From Trueperaceae bacterium (lineage in GTDB: Bacteria > Deinococcota > Deinococci > Deinococcales > Trueperaceae): 64,000 nucleotides of DNA. Under the pieces are notes generated by a model. The model ran no database searches. It was given only the letters and a program-made list of their open reading frames with translations, and was not told the DNA's origin. Both the position numbers and the translations under genes were made by a program. Below, in pieces: positions 36,961 through 47,930 of the stretch. The stretch lies in assembly GCA_034520945.1 (NCBI GenBank), contig JAXHNB010000001.1, positions 96,001 through 160,000 on the forward strand, given 5' to 3'. Position 1 is the stretch's first letter; every line of letters begins with the position of its first letter.

Positions 36961-37787
36961 CAGCCTACCTCCGCGGCCGGCTTGCGCCACTTGAACGCCG
37001 AACGCTGCACGGCGCCCAGCAGTACCAGGTCGATGAACGCCAGGATGATCATCATCGTCAGGCCGTACGCCAGAATCCCGGTCATGTTGAACATCTGAAA
37101 ATAAAAGGAGATCTGGTAGCCGACGCCGTTGGTGCGGCCCAGCAGTTCCGCCAGCACCACCATCTTCCAGGCCAGCGACAGCGACGAGCGCGCCACGCCG
37201 ATGATGTAGGGCATCAGCTGCGGCAGGATCACCTTGCGCCAGATGGTGACGCGTGGCCGCCGGTAGGCGCGGGCCATCTCGACCAGCTTGTCGTCGATGG
37301 CGCGCGTGCCTTCGCGGACCTGCACCACGATGGTGGGCAGGATGGTGACGATCAGGGCGTTGATGGCGGCGCTGTCGGAGAGCCCGAAGATCAGGTACGC
37401 CATCACGAACAGGATGATGCGGGGGATGGTCAGGCCGGCGATGAGCCAGCCCTGCAGCAGCCGGTCGATCCACCACGAGATGCCCATGGCCGCGCCGACG
37501 GCCACGCCGATGATCATGCCGGCCCCGAACGCGATGACCACCCGCCGGGCGGTGGCCCACAGGTGGTTCAGCATGGTGCCGCGTTCGAACTCCCGGGCGA
37601 TGAACTCGACCGTGGCGACGGGACCGGGCATCAACTCGGAGGGCAGGGCGGTGGCGGCGACGATCCAGGCCACCAGGATGGAGGCGTAGCCCGCCCCTAC
37701 CAACCACGCTGGATTCGCTTCGAGTCGGGCCGTAATCGTCCGCCTCGACCGGGTCGAGGCGGACGGCCTGGTTTGCGCGTCGGCGAT
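36960..37787 (-). CDS. NitT/TauT-type ABC permease (apparent ATC start at 37787; ORF track uses TTG 37703)
   Basis: EMARAY, LAWKMVVLAELLG..NGVG; SD AGGAGG (37799-37794) 6 nt before an in-frame ATC. Confidence 0.85.
   Translation of the reverse strand: MADAQTRPSASTRSRRTITARLEANPAWLVGAGYASILVAWIVAATALPSELMPGPVATVEFIAREFERGTMLNHLWATARRVVIAFGAGMIIGVAVGAAMGISWWIDRLLQGWLIAGLTIPRIILFVMAYLIFGLSDSAAINALIVTILPTIVVQVREGTRAIDDKLVEMARAYRRPRVTIWRKVILPQLMPYIIGVARSSLSLAWKMVVLAELLGRTNGVGYQISFYFQMFNMTGILAYGLTMMIILAFIDLVLLGAVQRSAFKWRKPAAEVG
37737..37765. repeat. Perfect 14-bp inverted repeat (CGTCCGCCTCGACC-G-GGTCGAGGCGGACG)
   Basis: Read directly; lies downstream of the binding-protein gene. Confidence 0.8.
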
Positions 37788-37828
37788 GGGACGCCTCCTG
37801 TCGGACGCCGCTGCGGATCAGGACGCGA

Positions 37829-38830
37829 TCAGCGCAGGTTTTCGGGCACGAACTCGGTGGTGTACGCGTCGCGCGGAAGGCCCTCGACGCCGACGACGTC
37901 CGAGCCGGCGATGTCGACGAGCTGGTCGACGAGGGTGATCAGCCCATCGATCTGCGCCTCGTTCCAGCCGTCCGGAAGGCCGGCCTCCCAGCGCTCCCGC
38001 ACGTCGGGGAACGCCTCGGGGTTGGGCAGCGAGTAGAGCTCCTCGTCGAGGATGTCCTGCCAGATGCCGTCCATGGCGTCGTTGCTCATGCGCTCGAAGG
38101 TCTCGTCCATGGCGGCGATGAAGGCGGTCTTGGCTTCGGCGGAGAGCCCTTCGCGGCCGACCACGACGAGGATCGGAAGGTCGTTGCGCAGGCCGAGCTG
38201 ATCGAGCATCTCGGTAACCATCATGATGTCCTTGTTCTCGCCGTCGTAGGTCAAGCGCGACACGAAGTGCCAGTAGGGGATGCCGGCGTCGATCTCACCG
38301 TCGGCCAAAAGCTCGGACATCAGCCAGGGCGCGGCCTGCAGCGTCTCGCCGTCCTCCTGTGGGTCGAAGCCGTACTGGCTGGTGGTCAGCGCCCGCAGGA
38401 TCAGGAGGCTCTTGTCGTCGAGGCTGGCGGCGGCGACCGTCTTGCCTTCGAGATCCGCGATCGTGTCGATGCCGCTGTCGCTGCGTACGACGACGCCGCC
38501 CACGGCCTTGCCGTAGGGGTAGATCGCCTGCACGGGCACGTCGCGTTGACGCATCAGCACCACGCCGATGAAGTCGTCGACGGTGACGTCGACCTCTTCG
38601 CCGCGGAGCGCCAGTTCGGTCGCCTGCTTGGTGCCGTACGTGGTCGGCTGGATGTCCAGGTTGTATTCCTCGTCCACGCCGAAGTACTGCATGGCGTGGA
38701 TCACCCACGAGAAGGTGCCGACGGCCTGCATGCCGACGCGGACCGTCATGGGTTCTTCGTCTTGGGCGAACGCCGTGGTGGTCGCGAGGACCAACGACGT
38801 GAGGGCGAGCATGCGGACGAGACGACGCAT
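37829..38830 (-). CDS. ABC substrate-binding protein, PqqT-like (candidate PQQ binding)
   Basis: Signal peptide; GTFSW, PYGKAVGG, ADLEGK, DKSLLILRA, YWHF resemble the PqqT family; PQQ gene context. Confidence 0.7.
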   Translation of the reverse strand: MRRLVRMLALTSLVLATTTAFAQDEEPMTVRVGMQAVGTFSWVIHAMQYFGVDEEYNLDIQPTTYGTKQATELALRGEEVDVTVDDFIGVVLMRQRDVPVQAIYPYGKAVGGVVVRSDSGIDTIADLEGKTVAAASLDDKSLLILRALTTSQYGFDPQEDGETLQAAPWLMSELLADGEIDAGIPYWHFVSRLTYDGENKDIMMVTEMLDQLGLRNDLPILVVVGREGLSAEAKTAFIAAMDETFERMSNDAMDGIWQDILDEELYSLPNPEAFPDVRERWEAGLPDGWNEAQIDGLITLVDQLVDIAGSDVVGVEGLPRDAYTTEFVPENLR

Positions 38831-38884
38831 GAAAGGCTCCTTTCGAACGAACGAGTTCGGGGGTTTCCTCTTGCGGACAAAAAT

Positions 38885-38893
38885 ATAGTAGCA
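38885..38893 (-). promoter_or_regulatory. Extended -10 (TGCTACTAT) for the quinoprotein/ABC operon
   Basis: AT-rich patch ~55 nt upstream of the 38830 start. Confidence 0.5.
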
Positions 38894-39164
38894 CTCCTGC
38901 GCCCATGGTGTATGTCAAGTGTCGTGCACGGCGCGATGCGGGCGCCGCCACGCGTACGAGACCGCCATGCACGGCCGCGCGGAAAACATCGTCGGCCCCG
39001 GCGCGCGCCCGGTCCGTGCCCCTGGTGCGCCCGCCCCCTTCGGTCCCACATGCCCGTGGTATCCTTTGCGCCCGGACGCGCGACAGCCCTTCATCCCCCC
39101 GGGCGACTCGTGGTGGTCACGGTTCCCGCAAGCATGGACGGCGCTCCATGGCGGAGGAGGCAGC

Positions 39165-40435
<1,271 letters not shown>

Positions 40436-40439
<4 letters not shown>

Positions 40440-41422
40440 GTCGCCCCGCGCAGCCTGCCGGCGCGCGCGTCGCGTGGAACCACGGCGCGCGGGCCACCGT
40501 CGTGCGCGCCTTGGCGTTGGCCGCCGTGCTGTTGATCCTCGCCTACCTCGCCGCAACCTGGTCCGCCCGGATCGCCAGCGAGGCCCACCCGACGTTGGCC
40601 ACGGCCTGGCCCGAGCCGCCGCTGGTGATGGCGCACCAGGGCGGCGACGGCCTGTGGCCCTCCAGCACCCGGTACGCCTTCGACCGTGCGGTGACGCTGG
40701 GGGTGGACGTGCTGGAGATGGACGTGCACCTGAGCCAGGACGGGCGATTGGTGGTCATCCACGACGACACGGTCGACCGCACCACCGACGCCTCCGGCGC
40801 GGTGGCGGACCACGACGCCGAAACGCTGGCGGCGATGGACGCGGGCTGGTCCTGGTCGCCGGGCCCGGCGACGGGCCGCGTGCCCTACCGCGGCTTCGGG
40901 TACGGCGTCCCGGCGCTGGCGGACGTCCTGAACGACCACCCGGACGCGCCCGTGGCGATCGAGATCAAGCCCGAGGGGCCCGAGGCCGCCACGGCCCTGT
41001 GCCGACGGCTGCGGGAGGAGGGCCGGACCGCAGGTGCGCTGGTCGCCAGCTTCCACCAGGACGCCATGGACGCGTTCCGAAACGCCTGCCCGGACGTGGC
41101 CACCTCGGCGACGCGGGCGGAGGCCCGCACCTTCGTGATCCTGTCGCGCCTGCGCTTGGCGGGACCGCTCCGCCCGCGCTTCGACGCGCTGCAGGTGCCG
41201 GTCGAACAGGGCGGCCTCACGGTGGCGACGCCGTCGCTGCTGGGCGCGGCGCACGCCAAGGGCGTCCAAGTGCACGTGTGGACGATCAATGATCCGGACG
41301 CGATGCAGCGCCTGCTCCGGATGGGCGTGGACGGCCTGATCACCGACCGGCCCGACCGGGCGTTGCGGGCCACGGGGCGGGAGGTCGACGAGGCCCTGCT
41401 CCCGCCGTTCGTGACGCCGTAG
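40436..41422 (+). CDS. Glycerophosphodiester phosphodiesterase
   Basis: [37 protein letters not shown]. Confidence 0.9.
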
Positions 41423-41512
41423 CCGGCGTCCGGTCGGGCACACACGACGTCACCGTCGGGTGCTTCCCGGACCTGTACGGCGCGCTGGAGGGCAGCGGCC
41501 TGGATCAGGTCA

Positions 41513-42844
41513 TTACGCTCTGAGGCGCTCCAGCAGCCGCGCGACCGTCATGGTGCCGTGCTCGAAGTCTTCGAGCCGCATGTGCTCATTCGGCCCGTGG
41601 ATGCGGCTGCCGGGGTAGCCGCATCCCAGCCCCACCACGGGTAGGCCCAGGCCCGCCACGAACGGGTGGATCGGGCCCGAGCCGGGGCTGTTGGGCATCA
41701 CCACCGGCTCGGCGTCGTGCACGTCGCGCAGGGCCCCCACCGCCGCCCGCACGAACGGGTGGTTCACGTCGGAGCGGGCGGCGCGCTCGGCGTGCGGAAG
41801 CGGCACCACCTCCACGTCGCTGAACCCCGCGGCGCGGAGGTGCGCCCGCAGCGCGTCCAGCACCTGCTGAGGGTCCTGGTCCGGCACCAGCCGCAGGTCC
41901 AGCTTGGCGGTCGCGTGGTGCGGGATGACGGTCTTGGCGCCTTCGCCGCCGTAGCCGGCGTGGACGCCGTTCACGTTCAGCGTCGGCTCGAAGTAGAGGG
42001 CGTGGCGCCAGGCGGCGCCGCGCAGACCCCCCAGGTAGCGGTCCACGCCGAACGTCTCCGCCAGGGCGGCGTCCTCGTCGGGCAGTTCGTCGACCAACGC
42101 CCGCGCCGCCGCGTCCGGGGGGTGGACGCCGTCGCGGAAGCCGGCGATCGTCACGTTGCCGTCGGCGTCCCGTAGCGTCGCGAGGGCAGCGGCCAGCCGG
42201 GCGGCGGCGTTGTCGACCACCACGCCGTAGCTGGAGTGCAGGTCGCGTCCGGCGGTGCGGGTGTGCAGCTCCAGCGTCAGGATGCCCTTCATGCCGCAGT
42301 ACGTCATCGGACGCCCGGCGGCGTCGACGCCGCCGAACTCCCACACGCACCCATCGGCGGCGAGGGCGCCTGCGTGCGCCGCGACGTAGTCGGCCAGGTG
42401 GGGGCTGCCGATCTCCTCCTCGCCCTCGATCACGAACTTCACGCCCACGGGGAGCTCGCCGTGGCGTTGCCGGTAGAGGCGCAGCGCGGTCAGGCGGGAG
42501 ACCAGCTCGCCCTTGTCGTCCGCTGCGCCGCGGCCGTACACAGCGCCGTCGCGCTCGGTCAGCGTGAACGGGTCGCTGCTCCAGGCCTCCCGCGGGTCCT
42601 CCGGTTGCACGTCGTAGTGGTTGTAGAACAGCACCGTCGGCGCGCCAGGCACCAGGCGCTCGGCGTACACCACCGGCGCGCCGCCGGTGTGGTGCAGCGC
42701 CGCGTCGAAGCCGTCCTCCCGCAGCATCGCGGCGATCAGCTCGGCGGTCTCGGGGATGGCGCGACCATCGGCCGCCACCGACGGCAAAGCGACCAGGCGT
42801 CGGAGCCGCGCCAGCGCCTGGTCGCGAAGGTCGGGGGGCAGCAC
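41513..42844 (-). CDS. M20/M25/M40 metallopeptidase
   Basis: YNHYDVQP, GRGAADDKG, EGEEEIGS, DLHS, HGPNE. Confidence 0.9.
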   Translation of the reverse strand: MLPPDLRDQALARLRRLVALPSVAADGRAIPETAELIAAMLREDGFDAALHHTGGAPVVYAERLVPGAPTVLFYNHYDVQPEDPREAWSSDPFTLTERDGAVYGRGAADDKGELVSRLTALRLYRQRHGELPVGVKFVIEGEEEIGSPHLADYVAAHAGALAADGCVWEFGGVDAAGRPMTYCGMKGILTLELHTRTAGRDLHSSYGVVVDNAAARLAAALATLRDADGNVTIAGFRDGVHPPDAAARALVDELPDEDAALAETFGVDRYLGGLRGAAWRHALYFEPTLNVNGVHAGYGGEGAKTVIPHHATAKLDLRLVPDQDPQQVLDALRAHLRAAGFSDVEVVPLPHAERAARSDVNHPFVRAAVGALRDVHDAEPVVMPNSPGSGPIHPFVAGLGLPVVGLGCGYPGSRIHGPNEHMRLEDFEHGTMTVARLLERLRA

Positions 42845-42845
42845 G

Positions 42846-44342
42846 TCAGTCCAGCTCGGCGGCGTACAGCCAGATACGCTCGTCGGTGCGCGGCGTCCAG
42901 TCCAGCCGGTCGCTGACGCCGTAGAGGTCCTGCGGCTTGTAGAGCTCGATGACCGGCGCCAGTTCGTGGATCCGTTCCGTCGCGGTGCGGTACGCCTCCA
43001 GTCGCGCCTCGCGGTCGACGGTGCTGCGGCCCCGGTCCAGCGCCCGGTCGAGCGTCTCGTCGCTGAAGTAGGACAGCAGCTCATCGGTGTAGAGCAGCGA
43101 GTAGTACACGAAATCGGCGTCCTGGGGCGCGTTGCCCCAGCCGATCAGGTACAGGTCCGGCGCGGCGCCGGAGAACAGGTCGCCGACGTAGGCGCCATAC
43201 TCCCGCACGTCCAAGGTCACGTCGACGCCCGCCTGCTGCAGCTGCTCCGCCACCGCCTGCGCCACCTGCACGTCGTTGACGTAACGGCCGTTGGGCGCCT
43301 CCAGCGTCAGCGGCAGGTCGCTGGCACCGGCCTCGGCCAGCAGCTCCCGTGCCGCCTCGGGGTCGTGGCCGTACGGCTCCAGCTCAGGGTTGAAGCCAAA
43401 GTCGAGCTCGGTCAGCATCGCCGTGGTCGGCGTGGCGCGCCCCCCGAAGATCCCCTCGATGATCCCGCCTACGTCCACCGCCAGGTTCAGTGCCCGGCGC
43501 ACCCGCGGATCCTGCAGGGCGGGGTTGGCGCTCACGGTATTGATGCCGACGTAGATGACGCGTGCACCGTCCACCGCCTCCAGCGAGGCGTTCCGCGTCG
43601 ACGCCACCGACTCGGCCAGGTTCGGCGGCACCTGGTTGATCAGGTCGGCCTCCCCGGCCGAGAGGCTGGCGAAGCGCGTGGTGGCCTCAGGCACCGGCCG
43701 GAACACCAGCTCCTCGATGTCGGGCGCGCCGCGCCAGTAGTGTTCAAAGGCGCGCATGCGGAGCTCCACGTCCCGCCGCCAGTTCTCGACTTCGAACGGC
43801 CCCGTGCCGACCGGCGCTTCGGCGAAGGCGTCCTCGCCCATCTCCTGGAAGGTGTCCGACGGGACGATCATCAGCTCGGACAGGTAGTGCTCCGCCAGCG
43901 GGGTGGGCGCCGTGGTGGTGATGCGCACGCCGTGGTCCCCCGTCGCCTCCACCGATTCGATGAAGTCGAAGCCGCCCGCGATCGGCGACTCGGTCTCCTC
44001 GTCCAGGATGCGCTGAATGGTGAACACCACGTCCTCGGGCCCGAAGGACGTGCCGTCGTGGAAGGTGACGTCCTCGCGGAGGTCGAAGGTCCACACCGTA
44101 TCCGACTCGGCGCGCCAGTCGGTGGCCAGCGCCGGCGTGTAGGAGCCGTCCGCTTCCTTGTGGATGAGCGCGTCGAAGACGTTGATGACCGCGTTGAAGG
44201 TGGACGTCTCGCGGTTCATGGTCGGATCGAGCGTGCTGGCGTCGGCGGATTGCATCACCACGACCGGCTGCTGCGCGGCCGCCAAGCCGGCCAAGCCGGC
44301 GGCGATGAGCGACGACAGGACAATGCGACGAATGAGCGACAT
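42846..44342 (-). CDS. Peptide ABC transporter substrate-binding protein (family 5)
   Basis: Signal peptide; LREDVTFHDG, PVGTGPF, VRRALNLAVD. Confidence 0.92.
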   Translation of the reverse strand: MSLIRRIVLSSLIAAGLAGLAAAQQPVVVMQSADASTLDPTMNRETSTFNAVINVFDALIHKEADGSYTPALATDWRAESDTVWTFDLREDVTFHDGTSFGPEDVVFTIQRILDEETESPIAGGFDFIESVEATGDHGVRITTTAPTPLAEHYLSELMIVPSDTFQEMGEDAFAEAPVGTGPFEVENWRRDVELRMRAFEHYWRGAPDIEELVFRPVPEATTRFASLSAGEADLINQVPPNLAESVASTRNASLEAVDGARVIYVGINTVSANPALQDPRVRRALNLAVDVGGIIEGIFGGRATPTTAMLTELDFGFNPELEPYGHDPEAARELLAEAGASDLPLTLEAPNGRYVNDVQVAQAVAEQLQQAGVDVTLDVREYGAYVGDLFSGAAPDLYLIGWGNAPQDADFVYYSLLYTDELLSYFSDETLDRALDRGRSTVDREARLEAYRTATERIHELAPVIELYKPQDLYGVSDRLDWTPRTDERIWLYAAELD

Positions 44343-44462
44343 CGAGGACCTCCAGAAGGATCGAGGGCGGTGGGCGCATCCCCAGCCGGGGCGCCGTCCG
44401 CCGGCATCATACCGGCGCGGCTTGGCGGGGCGGCGGCGCCGGCAGGGGGTAGGCTCTGGGCC

Positions 44463-45380
44463 ATGCTGCGCTACCTGCTTCGCCGGCTCGTGCTCAGCGT
44501 GGTGGTCCTGTTCGCCCTGACGGTGCTGGTGTTCGCGATGGTGAACCTGTCCGGCGATCCGGTCCGCCTGCTGTTGCCCCCCGACGCCAGCGCAGAGCGG
44601 GTGGAGAACTTCCGTGCCAACCTCGGCCTGGACGACCCGTTGCCCGTGCGCTACGGGCGGTTCCTGGCGCATGCCGTCCGGCTGGATTTCGGCGATTCCA
44701 TCCAGCTGCGCGACGCCGCCCTGGGCTTGGTGCTGGACCGCCTGCCGGCCACGTTGTCGCTGGCGGGCCTGGCGGTCGGCTTCGCGGTGCTGCTGGGGCT
44801 ACCGTTGGGCGTGCTGACGGCGGTGCGGCGCGACACGCCGTGGGACACGCTCATCACCTCGTTGGCGGTGTTCGGGCAGTCCACGCCGATCTTCTGGGTG
44901 GGGGTGATGAGCATCCTGCTGTTCTCGGTGCGGCTGGGGTGGCTGCCGGCTTCCGGCATCGGGACGCCGGCGCACTACGTGTTGCCGACCCTCACGCTGA
45001 CGCTGTTCCTGTTGGGGGGCCTGGTGCGGGTAACGCGCACCTCCATGCTGGAGGTGCTGGACAAGCAATACGTCCGCACCGCCACCGCCAAGGGGCAGCG
45101 CCGGCCGGTGGTGGTGTGGCGGCACGCGTTTCGGAACGCCACCATCCCGGTGGTGACGCAGATCGGGCTGCAGATGCGCTTCGTGATCGGCGGCAGCGTG
45201 ATCACCGAGACCATCTTCGCGTGGCCCGGCCTGGGCCGGCTATTGGTGCAGGCTGTCTACGCCCGTGACTACCCGGTGGTGGAGGCGGGCGTGTTCGTGG
45301 TGGCGTTGCTGCTGATCGTGATCAACACGCTGGTGGACCTGTCGTACGCGCGCCTGAACCCGCGCGTGGAGCTGGCGTGA
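44463..45380 (+). CDS. Peptide ABC permease (DppB-like)
   Basis: RLPATL, YVRTATAKG, ETIFAWPGLG, RDYPVV; leaderless-type TAGGCT at 44450. Confidence 0.92.
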   Translation: MLRYLLRRLVLSVVVLFALTVLVFAMVNLSGDPVRLLLPPDASAERVENFRANLGLDDPLPVRYGRFLAHAVRLDFGDSIQLRDAALGLVLDRLPATLSLAGLAVGFAVLLGLPLGVLTAVRRDTPWDTLITSLAVFGQSTPIFWVGVMSILLFSVRLGWLPASGIGTPAHYVLPTLTLTLFLLGGLVRVTRTSMLEVLDKQYVRTATAKGQRRPVVVWRHAFRNATIPVVTQIGLQMRFVIGGSVITETIFAWPGLGRLLVQAVYARDYPVVEAGVFVVALLLIVINTLVDLSYARLNPRVELA

Positions 45381-46219
45381 CGGGGCGCGCCTGGCGGCGC
45401 TGGCTGCGGCGGCCCCGCACCTGGACGGCCGGCCTGGTGCTGCTGCCGATCGTGCTGGCGGCGTTGGCGGCGCCGCTCTACCCGCGTAGCCCCACCGATC
45501 AGGACCTGCGGGTCACCCTGGCCGCGCCGGGCACGGTCACGGAGGCAGGGACGATGTACCCCTTGGGCACGGACCAGCTGGGCCGGGACCTGGCGGCGCG
45601 CATCCTGCACGGCATCCGCGCCTCAGTGCTGATCGGGGGCGCGGCGTTGGCCCTCGCCGTGGTGGTGGGCACGGTGCTGGGGCTCCTGGCCGGGTACTTT
45701 GGCGGGCTGGTCGACGGCGTCGTGACCGGCCTGACCGAGACCCTGATGACGCTGCCGTTCATCCTGCTGGCGATCGCCGTGATCGCCGCCGTGGGGGCGT
45801 CCGCGAGCGTCTTAATCCTCACGCTCGGCCTGACCGGCTGGGTCAGCTTCGCGAAGCTGGTGCGGGCCAAGACCTTCGAGCTGCGGGGCGAAGAGTTCGT
45901 GCTGGCCGCGCGAGCGCTGGGGGTGCGCACGCCGGGGGCGCTAGGCCGGCACGTGTTGCCGAACGTGGCGCCCCTCATCCTGGTGGACGGCACCCTGCAG
46001 TTCGGCGCGCTGGTGCTGGCGGAGGCGGGGCTCAGCTTCCTGGGGTTGGGCCTGCGGCCGCCGACGCCCACGCTCGGCGGCATCCTGGCGGAGGGGCAGG
46101 TGTACCTCGCCAACGCCTGGTGGATTTCGACGCTGCCAGGGGTCGTGCTGCTGCTGATGGTGCTGTCGGTGAACGTTCTGGGCGACACGCTTCGGGACGC
46201 GGCCGCGCCGGGTGGGTGA
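45377..46219 (+). CDS. Peptide ABC permease (DppC-like)
   Basis: LGTDQLGRD, EFVLAARALG, HVLPN, LSFLGLG. Confidence 0.92.
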   Translation: MTGRAWRRWLRRPRTWTAGLVLLPIVLAALAAPLYPRSPTDQDLRVTLAAPGTVTEAGTMYPLGTDQLGRDLAARILHGIRASVLIGGAALALAVVVGTVLGLLAGYFGGLVDGVVTGLTETLMTLPFILLAIAVIAAVGASASVLILTLGLTGWVSFAKLVRAKTFELRGEEFVLAARALGVRTPGALGRHVLPNVAPLILVDGTLQFGALVLAEAGLSFLGLGLRPPTPTLGGILAEGQVYLANAWWISTLPGVVLLLMVLSVNVLGDTLRDAAAPGG

Positions 46220-46344
46220 GCGCCTGGGACGTTTGCCGAAAGGGGAGCATCGGATGCGTGGGCCGCCTTCCCCGAGGACCTATCACCCCATGCGACCATG
46301 GGCGGCGAAGCCCGATTCCGTCATTCGCTGTGAAGGAGGCCGCC

Positions 46345-46590
46345 ATGAAATGCCCGATCTGCAAGGACGTCGATCTCGTTATGAGCGAGCGGCAGTCCAT
46401 CGAAATCGATTACTGCCCCGAGTGCCGCGGCGTGTGGCTCGATCGCGGCGAGTTGGACAAGATCATCGAGCGCAGCGACGCCGGCCCGCCCCCGGAGCGT
46501 CGCGAGGCAGGTCCGCGTCGCGACGACGACCGGGGCGGCTACGGGGGCAAGAGGAAGCGCAAGTCGTTCCTGCACGAGCTGTTCGACTGA
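46345..46590 (+). CDS. zf-TFIIB zinc-ribbon small protein
   Basis: SD AAGGAGG; MKCPIC...IDYCPECRGVWLDRGELDKII...KSFLHELFD. Confidence 0.9.
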   Translation: MKCPICKDVDLVMSERQSIEIDYCPECRGVWLDRGELDKIIERSDAGPPPERREAGPRRDDDRGGYGGKRKRKSFLHELFD

Positions 46591-46629
46591 AGGCCGGTGT
46601 TTTGCGGCGCGTTGCGCCGAGAGCCCGGT

Positions 46630-47115
46630 TCACGCGGGGACGTCCCCCGCGTCGAGGTCGGCGAGCACGTCCGACACGGCCCGTTCCAGTGCCTCCCGCC
46701 GGGCGGGTCGTACCCCTGCCAGCATCTCCTCCAGGGCGGCGGCCGCGCGTGCGTGGCTGAGCGCCACCAGCGCGCGGCCCGCCTCGTCCAGGGCGATGCG
46801 CTTGCGGCGCCGGTCCCGTGGGTCCTCGCTGCGGGTGACGAGGCCTTTCGACACCAGGCGCTGCACCAGGTGGCTGGTGGCGGTGAGCGACAGGTTCAGG
46901 TGCCGCGACAGGTCGGAGACCGGTGCGGGCCCGGTAGCGTGGAGGTGATGCAACGTCGCCATCTGGGGGAGCGAGAGGCCGTTCTCGTGCAGGGTGTGCG
47001 CCATGATCGGGACGTGCCTGCGCACGTGCCAGCGCAACAGCTGCAGGACGGCGGTGGCCGCCTCGTCGCCCCCTTGGTCCCGTGGCGCTACCGTGGGGTC
47101 GTCCGCACCTTTCAT
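46630..47115 (-). CDS. MarR-family regulator
   Basis: LSLPQ..L, SHLVQRLVSKGLVTRSEDPRDRR. Confidence 0.85.
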   Translation of the reverse strand: MKGADDPTVAPRDQGGDEAATAVLQLLRWHVRRHVPIMAHTLHENGLSLPQMATLHHLHATGPAPVSDLSRHLNLSLTATSHLVQRLVSKGLVTRSEDPRDRRRKRIALDEAGRALVALSHARAAAALEEMLAGVRPARREALERAVSDVLADLDAGDVPA

Positions 47116-47123
47116 CGCCGGCT

Positions 47124-47930
47124 TCACACGCTGCGCCGGTACTGGCGGATCGAGAGCGGCACGAACAGCGCCAGGATCCCCGCCATCCAGGCGAGGGTGG
47201 GCAGCAGAGAATCCAGTGGCCGGCCGAGGAACAGGGCGCGCACCGTGTCGACGGTCACCGAGATCGGCTGTACGTCGGCGAACGCCTGCAACCAACCCGG
47301 CATGGTCTCGACCGGCACGAAGGCGCTGCTGGCGAACACCAGCGGAAACACCCAGATGAAGCCGGCCACCTGCGCCGTCTCGGGGTCGCGCGTGACCAGG
47401 CCGATGAAGGCGCTGATCCAGGAGAACGCGAAGCCGAAGGCGACGACCAGCACCACGGCCAAGGCCGCGGCCAGAAGCCCGTCGTGGACACGGAACCCGA
47501 TGATCGCGCCGACACCCAGCATCAGCAGCACCACGAACACGTTGCGGAGGCTGTCCGCCAGGGTACGGCCCGCCATCACCGCGGCGCGGCCCATCGGCAG
47601 CGAGCGGAAGCGGTCCACCATGCCCTTCGACAGGTCCTCCGCCAGCCCGACCGTGGTCTGGGTGGCGCCGAACAGCACGGTCTGGACCAGGATGCCGGGC
47701 ATGAGGAAGTCGATGTAGGCGTCCACGTCGGGAGGCAGGAACAGCGCCCCGCCGAAGACGAAGTTGAACAGCAGCACGAACATGATCGGCTGGATCGTGG
47801 AGAACACCAGCAGTTGGGGCAGCCGCACGTAGCGCATCAGGTTGCGCTGCGCGATCACGATGGCGTCGTGGGCGTTGCGCCGCACGCGCCCCCACGGTCC
47901 CGTGGGGACGGGCGGGATGGCGGTGCTCAT
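47124..47930 (-). CDS. ABC-2 permease (DrrB-like)
   Basis: QPIMFVLLF, DRFRSLPM, SSAFVP..TMPGWLQ. Confidence 0.9.
   Translation of the reverse strand: MSTAIPPVPTGPWGRVRRNAHDAIVIAQRNLMRYVRLPQLLVFSTIQPIMFVLLFNFVFGGALFLPPDVDAYIDFLMPGILVQTVLFGATQTTVGLAEDLSKGMVDRFRSLPMGRAAVMAGRTLADSLRNVFVVLLMLGVGAIIGFRVHDGLLAAALAVVLVVAFGFAFSWISAFIGLVTRDPETAQVAGFIWVFPLVFASSAFVPVETMPGWLQAFADVQPISVTVDTVRALFLGRPLDSLLPTLAWMAGILALFVPLSIRQYRRSV

Noticed and set aside
38913..38918. TTGACA (minus strand) as the -35 of the SBP promoter
   Set aside because: It is 22 nt from the TACTAT -10, too far for a standard sigma70 promoter; the extended -10 is sufficient.
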